The translations under genes were made by a program, and so were the position numbers. From IMG/VR virus record IMGVR_UViG_3300049448_000440: a DNA stretch of 15,494 nucleotides; one strand, 5' to 3'. Shown here one piece after another: positions 6,018 to 13,247 of this stretch. Below the pieces are notes generated by a model. The model had not been told where the DNA came from. It searched no databases and was given only the letters and a program-made list of their open reading frames with translations. Positions within the stretch are counted from its first letter, which is position 1, and each line of letters begins with the position of its first letter. Origin of the DNA: a virus.

Positions 6018-6452
6018 ATGCTTTCGCAGAGCGGCGCGCCGCTGTTGACGGTCCGGCAGTTCGCCCAGCGGCACGGGGTGGCGGTGCGCACGGTGGAGCG
6101 GTGGCAGGAGGACGGCCACCTGTCCGGGGTGGTGCGGCTGGACTCGGGGAACCTGATCCCGGACCAGCCGCGCCCGGCGATCGGACGGCGCGCGGCCGCG
6201 GCGCCCGAACCGCTCGAGCAGCGGGCGCTGGCGGTGCCGGCGCCGGCGGCGCTGGAGCAGGGCCCGCGCAACCTGGCCGAGGCCCTGGCGCTGCTGCCGG
6301 CGTTCCTGACGCTGGAGGACGCGGCGCGGCTGCTCGGGATCCCGGTGGTGCGGATCAAGGAGAATCCCGAGCGGTTCGCGGCGGAACCGGTCGACGACCG
6401 CCGGCAGCTGATGGTGCCCGCGCGGGTCGTGCGCGAGGTCGCCGGCATCTGA
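6018..6452 (+). CDS. DNA-binding protein with two HTH_17/excisionase-like modules (144 aa)
   Basis: GGAGGA (6006-6011) lies 6 nt before ATG 6018. The first module is LLTVRQFAQRHGVAVRTVERWQEDGHL. The second is FLTLEDAARLLGIPVVRIKENPERF...MVPARVVREV. An Ala/Pro-rich linker separates them. The TTG-5931 extension was rejected in favour of the RBS-supported ATG. Confidence 0.7.
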   Translation: MLSQSGAPLLTVRQFAQRHGVAVRTVERWQEDGHLSGVVRLDSGNLIPDQPRPAIGRRAAAAPEPLEQRALAVPAPAALEQGPRNLAEALALLPAFLTLEDAARLLGIPVVRIKENPERFAAEPVDDRRQLMVPARVVREVAGI

Positions 6453-6515
6453 GGTCCGACACCGCCGACATGTCGGACCGACACGGCCCGGGGTCCGACA
6501 TGTCGGTGCTGTCGG
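6453..6515. terminator. Candidate bidirectional terminator / protein-binding cluster between convergent genes
   Basis: A perfect 15-bp inverted repeat CCGACATGTCGGACC (6465-6479) / GGTCCGACATGTCGG (6492-6506) has a 12-nt spacer. An additional GGTCCGACA lies at 6453-6461. The hexamer CCGACA/TGTCGG occurs 7 times within 63 bp. No U-tract is present. Confidence 0.45.
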
Positions 6516-6519
6516 TGGG

Positions 6520-7464
6520 CTACCAGGTGGCGATCTGGGCGTTGGCGGCGGTGACGACGGCGTCGGTGTTCGCCCATGCCTCGATCCGCAGCCAGTCGCT
6601 GGAGGTCAGGGTGCCCTGCTGGGCGACCTCGAGGCGGGCGTGGCCGGTGATGTCGATGGTGGTCTGACGCAGCGAGTAGCGGGCGTTGCTGCCGTCCTTC
6701 CACGGGCGGACCTGCACGATGGTGCCGGGCTCGCCCTGCACGTACAGCTGGGCGGACAGGTTGAACCAGCCGGCGGGGCCCTTGCGCACGGCGTACTGCC
6801 CGGTCGGGTCGCCCTCCTTGTCGGACAGCTTGAGGTCGACCCAATCCCCGCCGATGGCGCGCTCGGTGGTGCTCGACTTGGTCAGGGTGTCCACGGGTGC
6901 TCCTTCGTCGAGCGCGGGCGGGTTCAGGACCACGGCGCGCAGGTCGTCCATGTCCAGCGGGTCGGGGTCGACCTTGCGGGTCGGCGCCCATTCCTTGTGG
7001 GCGATCAGCCAGTCGAGCAGCTCGCCGGCGTTGTCGCGGACGCCGAGGTGGTCGGCCAGGGCGACCAGGCCGGTGATGCCGCCGGTGCGCTGGTCGGCAG
7101 ACCATTCCTCGTTGGTGGTGTGGTCGGTCTCGATCCCGATGAACTTGGCGTTGCCGTCGGTGACGCCATGCCAGGACCCCTCGCCGGCATGGTTCGCCCG
7201 CCCGGCGGCGCAGCAGTGCCAGCGGCCGTCGAAGTCCAGCCACAGCTGCGCGAGGGGGCCCTCGAGCCCGGGCCGGCCGTTGATGATGACGTCGGCGCCG
7301 TGGCTGGTCTCACCCGCGGGCGAGGCGTCGTGGTGGAGCATGACGCCGCGTGGGGAGAACGCGCCGGAGGGGCGGCCGCGGGTCTTCCACCCGTCCTCCT
7401 CCACGACCTCGCAGCCGGCGCCACGCAGGACGTCGGCCATCCAGACCAGCGGGAACCAGCCCAT
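6520..7464 (-). CDS. Endolysin: N-acetylmuramoyl-L-alanine amidase (Amidase_2/PGRP-like) with an uncharacterised ~130-aa C-terminal domain
   Basis: Amidase_2-like elements are present: VMLHHDAS, GRANHAGEGSWHG, FIGIETDH and IAHKEWAPTRKVDPDP. It is the last gene of the late unit, directly after the tail genes. Confidence 0.8.
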   Translation of the reverse strand: MGWFPLVWMADVLRGAGCEVVEEDGWKTRGRPSGAFSPRGVMLHHDASPAGETSHGADVIINGRPGLEGPLAQLWLDFDGRWHCCAAGRANHAGEGSWHGVTDGNAKFIGIETDHTTNEEWSADQRTGGITGLVALADHLGVRDNAGELLDWLIAHKEWAPTRKVDPDPLDMDDLRAVVLNPPALDEGAPVDTLTKSSTTERAIGGDWVDLKLSDKEGDPTGQYAVRKGPAGWFNLSAQLYVQGEPGTIVQVRPWKDGSNARYSLRQTTIDITGHARLEVAQQGTLTSSDWLRIEAWANTDAVVTAANAQIATW

Positions 7465-7466
7465 GG

Positions 7467-8036
7467 TCAGGTCCCCAGCGGGGTGACGACCATGAACGAG
7501 TTCGTGAAGCGGACCAGGTCCGCGACGGTGGCGACGGCCTGGGCGAACTGGAACTGCAGGTAGCCGCCGGTGCCGCCGACCTGGACGATCAGGTCCTCGC
7601 GGACGTGGCTGTTGTTGGTGGGGATGACGCCGAAGATTTGCGCCGAGGTGAACGTGGCGGCCGGGCGGGCGGCCATCAGCGTGGCGGCCACCGACGTCGT
7701 GGCGGTCTCGGCGCCGAGCACGAACCGGGACTGGAACGTGACGTCACCGGTGGCGCGCCATGCCTGCTGCACGTCGGCGCCGGCCGCCGAGCACGCGTAG
7801 CCGGTGACCAGCTCCACGCGGTAGAAGCCGGCCGCCCCGGAGGGGAACGTCCAGCGGAACGCGGGGTCATCGGTCATCACCGCGGAGTTGTTGACGGTGA
7901 ACGCACCGGTGGTGATGCCCTGCTTGAGACCCGGCAGCCGCGGGTCGAGGGCTTCCGCGAGGCGCTGGATGTCGCCGGGCACGTCCGGGATGTTCGCCGG
8001 GCTCGGGTAGGGCAGGCCCTTGGTGGTGGTGGGCAT
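7467..8036 (-). CDS. Minor tail protein (candidate receptor-binding/tail fibre protein, 189 aa)
   Basis: ATG 8036 is preceded by GGAGG 6 nt upstream. The N-terminal KGLPYPSPANIPDVPGDIQRLAEALD motif is common in actinophage minor tail proteins. The R/P-rich upstream extension of ORF 7467..8429 was discarded. Confidence 0.6.
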   Translation of the reverse strand: MPTTTKGLPYPSPANIPDVPGDIQRLAEALDPRLPGLKQGITTGAFTVNNSAVMTDDPAFRWTFPSGAAGFYRVELVTGYACSAAGADVQQAWRATGDVTFQSRFVLGAETATTSVAATLMAARPAATFTSAQIFGVIPTNNSHVREDLIVQVGGTGGYLQFQFAQAVATVADLVRFTNSFMVVTPLGT

Positions 8037-8038
8037 CG

Positions 8039-9187
8039 TCAGCCTCCGGTGATCGTGTCGTCGAGGGGTAGCTGGGTGCGCACGTCCATCGAGCCGGTCT
8101 CCAGGGTGAACGTGACGGCGCCGACCTGGTGGCGTTCCTGGGGGCCCAGCGGCAGCTGGATCGAAACGGTGTCCAGGGGCCTGATCCAGTAGGCGGCGAC
8201 GGCGCTGATCGTGATGGCGCGGCCCAGGGTGAACGCCGTGCGCAGGGTCGCGGCCGCGCGGTTGGCGGCCGCGGCGGCGTTGCTCTTCCACGGCAGCTCG
8301 TCGGCCGCGGTGACCTGGCCCACGACGGAGGTGGCGTAGGGGCCGGAGGTGATCTGCGCGGTCCCGATCACGGTCTGGGTCAGGCCGGCCTTGTCCCAGC
8401 GGTAGCGGACCACGGCGGCGTTGGCCCACCGGTCGCGGGTCAGCTCGGTGCTGGAGGACACGACGGTGCCGGCGGCGCCCACGTTCAGGGCGTGCACGGG
8501 CTGCCCGACCGGCGACTGCCCGGTCAGGCGCCAGACGCCGGTCTCGTCGCAGCGGAACCAGCCGCCGACCCGGGCGGCGATGTCGCGGGCGAAGTCCAGG
8601 GCCGGATCAGTGGCCGCCGGCACCCACTGTTCGGGGGCGGCGTCGGCCCACCGGGTGGAGGTCAGGGCCTGCCCGTACGCCCAGGACGGGTCGGTGATGC
8701 CGGACACGGCACCGCAGGCGATCAGGCACCGGTTCACCGCGTCCCGGGCGGTCGTGGTGTTGTCCCAGGACGCACCGGCCCAGGCGGAGTTGGACAGCGC
8801 CCGCCACCCGTCGTACAGGTACTCGGCGCCCTGTACGGACAGGGTCAGGGTGTTGCTTGGCCGGTCCACGTCGCGCCGCGCCAGGTACATCACGGCCAGC
8901 GGGTGCACGTCGACGACGGCGCCGGGCAGCACGTAGCCGGCCGAGACCACGACCTTGACCCGCCCTCGCGGGTCCAGCGCGTCCAGCTCGGCCTGGTCCT
9001 GGGGCACGGGCCCGGTCAGCACACCCTGCACGTATGGCGACCAGGAGCGGTCCAGGGTGACCGAGCAGGTGCTCACCTTCAGCGGGATCGGGTTGCCGGC
9101 GGCGTCGGTGACGGCCACAGTCCACCGGTGCTCGAGGCTGGAGCGCAGCAGCTGCTCCAGGGCGCCGCTCCAGGGCGCGGTACTCAC
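8039..9187 (-). CDS. Minor tail protein (tail tip/hub-like by position, 382 aa)
   Basis: A GTG start forms a GTGA overlap with the upstream stop. It is the second gene after the tape measure. No enzymatic motif was recognised. Confidence 0.6.
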   Translation of the reverse strand: MSTAPWSGALEQLLRSSLEHRWTVAVTDAAGNPIPLKVSTCSVTLDRSWSPYVQGVLTGPVPQDQAELDALDPRGRVKVVVSAGYVLPGAVVDVHPLAVMYLARRDVDRPSNTLTLSVQGAEYLYDGWRALSNSAWAGASWDNTTTARDAVNRCLIACGAVSGITDPSWAYGQALTSTRWADAAPEQWVPAATDPALDFARDIAARVGGWFRCDETGVWRLTGQSPVGQPVHALNVGAAGTVVSSSTELTRDRWANAAVVRYRWDKAGLTQTVIGTAQITSGPYATSVVGQVTAADELPWKSNAAAAANRAAATLRTAFTLGRAITISAVAAYWIRPLDTVSIQLPLGPQERHQVGAVTFTLETGSMDVRTQLPLDDTITGG

Positions 9188-10014
9188 CGGATCGGGGTGT
9201 TGCTGAGGAGGTCGCCGTAGGTGGCGAACGCGGCGCGGACCAGCAGATAGTCGCGGTAGCCGGCCAGCAGGTCGGCGTAGGCCCAGGCCCCGATGGGCAC
9301 CAGGATGCCCGGCGGTGACGCGACGGACGCGAAGCTGACGGAGACGTCCCAGCGCCGCTCGGGCCGAGGGCTGGTCGTCCAGTCCTCGGCGCTGTGCGCC
9401 AGGGACACGCTGGTCACCGCGAAGTAGAAGTCGAGGTTGACCTGGTCGGACTGGCGCAGCATGAAGATCGCCGGGCTGGACAGCACCCCGATCAGCTGCT
9501 GCGCGGCGGCGAGACTGGCGCAGCGGATGACCAGGGTGCCGGTCGGGTCGGCGGCCGCGCCCAGGACCACGAGCGGGTCGGTGCGCCCGACGACGGGGTG
9601 GACCGTGGAGGTGCCTTGGCTCGTCTGGTCGTACTGCACCGCGATGCTGTCGGTAGGTGCGCCGGCCGCGGACAGCAGCAGCCCTGACGCCGGGTACAGG
9701 GGCACGGTCAGATAGGCCACGCCGTGCTGGGTCAGGGGCGGCAGGGTGACCGTCGCCACGATCGCGGTGGCGGTGTACACGTAGTAGGTGATCGGCACGC
9801 CGCCGGTCTGCAGCGAGTACTCGTAGTCCGAGACATAGGTGGGGGCCGATATCGGTAGCCCTCCGTAGGCCCCGGAGGGCATTCGGACGGCGGCTGATCC
9901 GGCGGCGTCGGTGCGGATGACCTGGGTGAGGACCGGGTCGTCGGGTGGGGTGGCGTTGATGTACAGCTTGACCCGCTGCGGGGTGACGGAGACCACGGTC
10001 ACGGTGACGGCCAT
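9184..10014 (-). CDS. Minor tail protein (distal tail protein-like by position, 276 aa)
   Basis: ATG 10014-10012 shares one base with the tape measure stop (TGATG). The sequence MAVTVTVVSVTPQRVKLYINA... looks beta-rich. The 823-aa ORF 9184..11655 was trimmed because its upstream part is an out-of-frame overlap with the tape measure gene. Confidence 0.6.
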   Translation of the reverse strand: MAVTVTVVSVTPQRVKLYINATPPDDPVLTQVIRTDAAGSAAVRMPSGAYGGLPISAPTYVSDYEYSLQTGGVPITYYVYTATAIVATVTLPPLTQHGVAYLTVPLYPASGLLLSAAGAPTDSIAVQYDQTSQGTSTVHPVVGRTDPLVVLGAAADPTGTLVIRCASLAAAQQLIGVLSSPAIFMLRQSDQVNLDFYFAVTSVSLAHSAEDWTTSPRPERRWDVSVSFASVASPPGILVPIGAWAYADLLAGYRDYLLVRAAFATYGDLLSNTPIR

Positions 10015-11597
10015 CAGGTGGGCACCGGCTTCCCGAGCTTGGGCTGCGTGACTCTGGGCTCGACGTTGACCTTGTACGTGCGGCCGCTGAAGTAGTCGTC
10101 CAGCTGCTTGTTCACCCCGCGCAGGTCGGGCACGACCTTGACCGACGTCGTGCGGTCCGCGGCCGCGTCGTCGACGGCGTCCTTGGTGGTCTTGGCGGTG
10201 CCGTGGTCGGTGACGGTGATCGTGGTGTGCTTGGCCGGGGGGATCCCGCCGAGGGTGTCCACGAAGTGCTGCGCTTCCTTCCTGGTGATCCCGAATGCCT
10301 TGGACACCTTGTCCACGAGGACCTTCTCTTGGGCCTCCATCTTCTTCGTGGCGGTGGTCGAGGCGGTGCCGTTGTCGACCAGGGCGTCGCCGTAGGCGAT
10401 GATCCCCTTGCGTGCGGCGTCGACGGCGCGCAGGTTGTCGCGGCCCTTCTCGCTGAACTTGGACAGGCTCTTGCCGTTGGTGTCCTGGGCGTCGGAGACG
10501 CCTTGGATGGCGTCGAGCAGGTCGAGCTCGTTGGTGATCGCGTCGTTCTTGAGGCCGGCGGCGATCCGGGCCTGTTCGTTGTTGCCGGCCAGGGCGTCGG
10601 TGTTGCCGGTGACGGCGTCGGTGTTGTCGTCGGTGGCGTCGGTGGTCTGCGGCATAAGGCGGTTCAGCAGGTCCTGCTGGGCGCGGGCGTCGCCGTAGGC
10701 GTTGCCCTGGTCGCCCAGCGCCGCGTTCAGGACGCCTATCGCCTCGATCTGCTGGCGGGCGTGGGCCTGCTGCGCCAGCGAAGCGGACGGGTCGAGCAGC
10801 TGCCCGCGCAGGATGATCAGGTTCCCGGTGAGCAGCTGCTGCGCGTCGGCCAGCTCGCCGGCGTCGCCGGTCAGGCCGGCGAAGTAGGTCTGCAGTGAGC
10901 GGGTCGACAGCCCGGTCTGCTGCAGCAGGTCGTTGAACTCGTCGACGTTGCCGACGTCGAACGCCTTCTGCAGCTCCTTGGCGTCGGAGATGATCCCGGC
11001 CAGGGTGTCGGACTTGAACTCGGGGGTGATGTCGCTGTTGGCGCGCAGCTCCTCGAAGATCGACAGGACCCGCTGGCGGAACTCCTCGGCGGCCTCCTTG
11101 CTCTTGCCGAACAGGTTGCGGGCCAGGCCGATCCCGACGCCGATCGCGGCGGCGCCGACCAGGCCGGCCGGGCCGAGCGCGGCGACCAGGCCACCGAACG
11201 TGCCCTGGATGGCGTCGACGGCGCTGGAGGCCGAGCCGTCGAAGCTGGACACGGTCTCGGCGACGTTCTGCTTGGCTTCTGCGGAGAACTCGCGCAGGGT
11301 CGCGGACCCCTTGTCGCCGACGTCGTCGACGTCGGCCTTGACCTTGCGGCTGCTGGTCCGCCCGGCGGCCTCGACCTCGTGGAACGCGGTCTTGAACGAC
11401 TTGCTGATCTTGTCGGCGCTGGCGTCGGCGGTGGCGGCGACGTCCTTGAGGTCGCCGCCGACCTTGGCGTCGATGTCGGCGCCGGCGGTGGAGATGTCGT
11501 CGAGGCTGTCGGCGACGTCGTCGAGGCTGTCCTCGAGGTCCTTGGTCCCGGCGAGGAACTTGGTGACGTCGGCGATGAACGGGATCTTGATGGCCAC
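10014..11597 (-). CDS. Tape measure protein (527 aa)
   Basis: GTG 11597 is preceded by GGAGG 7 nt upstream. The protein is long, Ala/Asp/Leu/Gln-rich and looks helical. It has an internal hydrophobic segment GGLVAALGPAGLVGAAAIGVGIGLA. It lies between the major tail and minor tail genes. Confidence 0.85.
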   Translation of the reverse strand: MAIKIPFIADVTKFLAGTKDLEDSLDDVADSLDDISTAGADIDAKVGGDLKDVAATADASADKISKSFKTAFHEVEAAGRTSSRKVKADVDDVGDKGSATLREFSAEAKQNVAETVSSFDGSASSAVDAIQGTFGGLVAALGPAGLVGAAAIGVGIGLARNLFGKSKEAAEEFRQRVLSIFEELRANSDITPEFKSDTLAGIISDAKELQKAFDVGNVDEFNDLLQQTGLSTRSLQTYFAGLTGDAGELADAQQLLTGNLIILRGQLLDPSASLAQQAHARQQIEAIGVLNAALGDQGNAYGDARAQQDLLNRLMPQTTDATDDNTDAVTGNTDALAGNNEQARIAAGLKNDAITNELDLLDAIQGVSDAQDTNGKSLSKFSEKGRDNLRAVDAARKGIIAYGDALVDNGTASTTATKKMEAQEKVLVDKVSKAFGITRKEAQHFVDTLGGIPPAKHTTITVTDHGTAKTTKDAVDDAAADRTTSVKVVPDLRGVNKQLDDYFSGRTYKVNVEPRVTQPKLGKPVPT

Positions 11598-11600
11598 GGG

Positions 11601-12107
11601 TCAGCCTCCTTCCTCGGACGCGTCGTAGTAGACCTTCACGATCAGCTGCGTCCACAGCGACGCGGCGCGGCCGCCGAACTCGGCCAGGGCGCCCATCACG
11701 GGCCCGCTCTTGCGCGGCCGCGGAAGCTGCCGGCGGGTGTGCCGGGTGACCTGCGTCGAGCCACCCGAGCGGGTCCGACGCCGGTAGGTCGTCGTGATGT
11801 CGGGGGCACCGAACTCGACCGCGGCCGCGTCGGCGTCCGGGACCAGGCCGCCGGACAGCCGGCGACGCGAGGTGCCGGCGACGAACGCCGGCGGGTTACC
11901 GGCGGCGACGCGTGCGCCGGGCACGAGGACGCGCTGCTCGAGCGGCGTCGTGGCACGTGCGGCGATCCCGGCTTTCCAGGGCGCGTTGAGCAGGGTCCTG
12001 GTGGCGTCGTTGACGCGCTTCTTCAGGCCACGGTCGGCGAGCTTGAACGCCAGCACCGCGGCCTGCAACGACCGGTCGTCGCCGACCGAGACCACCATCG
12101 GGGTCAC
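11601..12107 (-). CDS. Structural/assembly protein of uncertain role (168 aa); N-terminus loosely HK97 gp10-like; occupies the tail-chaperone slot
   Basis: The start is GTG 12107, with ATG 12098 as an alternative. The N-terminus reads MVVSVGDDRSLQAAVLAFKLADRGLKKRVNDATRTLL. The protein is basic (RRRTRSGG, RRQLPRPRK) with an acidic tail EEGG. It lies between the major tail and tape measure genes. Confidence 0.45.
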   Translation of the reverse strand: MTPMVVSVGDDRSLQAAVLAFKLADRGLKKRVNDATRTLLNAPWKAGIAARATTPLEQRVLVPGARVAAGNPPAFVAGTSRRRLSGGLVPDADAAAVEFGAPDITTTYRRRTRSGGSTQVTRHTRRQLPRPRKSGPVMGALAEFGGRAASLWTQLIVKVYYDASEEGG

Positions 12108-12110
12108 CCG

Positions 12111-12521
12111 TCACGGCACCGCGGTGAACACCGGTTCGCCGGAGACGCCGAGGGTGACGGTCGCGACGGCGTAGGCGTTGACGGTCCCGCCGACGGCGCC
12201 GGGGGCGATGATCAGGTCGACCGCCCAGCTGCCGGCGCCGGGGTTGGTGGTGAACGTCGCGGCGATCGTCTCCCCGGCGTGGGCCTGCAGGTACTGCGAG
12301 AGGCTGTTCGGGGTCGTCCAGTCCTGCGCGTAGGACAGGGTCGCGGCCCACGAGGGGGAACTGACGTCGGAGAACGACGCGGACGGGGTGAGGCCCTGCC
12401 AGGTCAGCTGCGAGACCGAGGGGGTCAGCTCGACCTGGGAGACGTGGGCTTCGTAGTTGTCGGCGCCAACGAGAAAGGTGGCGTCCTTGAGCACGAACGG
12501 GAGGACGGCGACGGGGGCCAT
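12111..12521 (-). CDS. Major tail protein (136 aa)
   Basis: A strong RBS AAGGAG lies 8 nt before ATG 12521. The sequence PFVLKDATFLVGADNYEAHVSQVELTPSVSQLTW... is typical of small actinophage tail tube proteins. The position also fits. Confidence 0.7.
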   Translation of the reverse strand: MAPVAVLPFVLKDATFLVGADNYEAHVSQVELTPSVSQLTWQGLTPSASFSDVSSPSWAATLSYAQDWTTPNSLSQYLQAHAGETIAATFTTNPGAGSWAVDLIIAPGAVGGTVNAYAVATVTLGVSGEPVFTAVP

Positions 12522-12533
12522 GGCTGGATCTCC

Positions 12534-12899
12534 TTATGGGGTGGCGGTGGTGTAGACCTCGACCTCGAGGCTGAACGCGTTGAACGCGTCGTCGGCGACG
12601 GACTGGCGGGTGCCCTGGGTGAACGCCAGCGGCTGAGCGGCGACCAGGGCGTCGACGACCTTGAGCAGCGCCGCCTCGAGGTCGTCCTCGGCGGTCTCGC
12701 TGAGGTAGGCGGTCAGCACGTAGACGGCCAGCGTCCAGGTCAGCTGTCCCTGCGGTGGGCCCGGGACGACCGAGCGGGTGGCGATGACCAGGGTGGGGGC
12801 GGTGACGTTCGCCGGCCAGCGGCCGTCGACGATGGTGTAACCGGTCGGGGCGAGCGCGGCCGCCACGATCCCGCGGGGGCTGCTCGCGGCGGCCGCCAT
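12534..12899 (-). CDS. Head-tail joining / tail terminator-like protein (121 aa, assigned by position)
   Basis: The ATG shares one base with the upstream stop (TGATG). It lies between the connector and the major tail protein. Confidence 0.5.
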   Translation of the reverse strand: MAAAASSPRGIVAAALAPTGYTIVDGRWPANVTAPTLVIATRSVVPGPPQGQLTWTLAVYVLTAYLSETAEDDLEAALLKVVDALVAAQPLAFTQGTRQSVADDAFNAFSLEVEVYTTATP

Positions 12900-13243
12900 C
12901 AGTGCAACCTCGGCACGGCCGGCCGCGGGCGCAGCAGCGCCTTGACGGTGTTGCCCAGCGGCCGCACGCGGATGACGGTGGTGTCACTGAAACCGATGAC
13001 GTCGCCCTCGCGGCGCGACGCGGCCCACAGTTCGTCGGCCTGGTAGATCTGCGCGAGCGGCCACCCCTCCGGGATGGGGTCGCCGTCGGGCAGGGTCGGC
13101 GCGTACTCGCGGCACTGGTCGTAGGCGGCGCCGAGCAGCCGGGCAAGACTGGTCTCGCTCAGCTGCTCGGAGTCGGCCCACAGTTCCGACAACAGCGCCT
13201 TGTCGGCGTCGTCGTCGGTGTCGACCCAGCCGATCAGGGGCAC
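12899..13243 (-). CDS. Head-tail connector (gp6-like adaptor, 114 aa)
   Basis: GTG 13243 lies 4 nt after the capsid stop. The pattern VDTDDDADKALLSELWADSEQLSETSLARLLGAAYDQCREY resembles gp6-type connectors. The upstream part of ORF 12899..13384 overlaps the capsid gene out of frame and was discarded. Confidence 0.6.
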   Translation of the reverse strand: MPLIGWVDTDDDADKALLSELWADSEQLSETSLARLLGAAYDQCREYAPTLPDGDPIPEGWPLAQIYQADELWAASRREGDVIGFSDTTVIRVRPLGNTVKALLRPRPAVPRLH

Positions 13244-13247
13244 GGGG

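Noticed and set aside
5882-7243. 453-aa minus-strand ORF spanning the int-downstream region, the double-HTH gene and part of the lysin. Also ORFs 5990..6667, 7005..7424 and 5367..5885.
   Set aside because: The composition is junk-like (poly-R/P/G), the ORF crosses an obvious convergent intergenic region, and better-supported genes occupy the same DNA.
9184-11655. Very long minus-strand ORFs taken at face value (9184..11655 at 823 aa, 13248..15368 at 706 aa, 7467..8429, 12899..13384, 2286..2873, 2521..2913), plus the plus-strand ORF 4471..5796.
   Set aside because: Their upstream portions are R/P-rich out-of-frame overlaps with the preceding gene. Internal starts with RBSs or stop/start overlaps give sensible proteins, so those starts were used instead.
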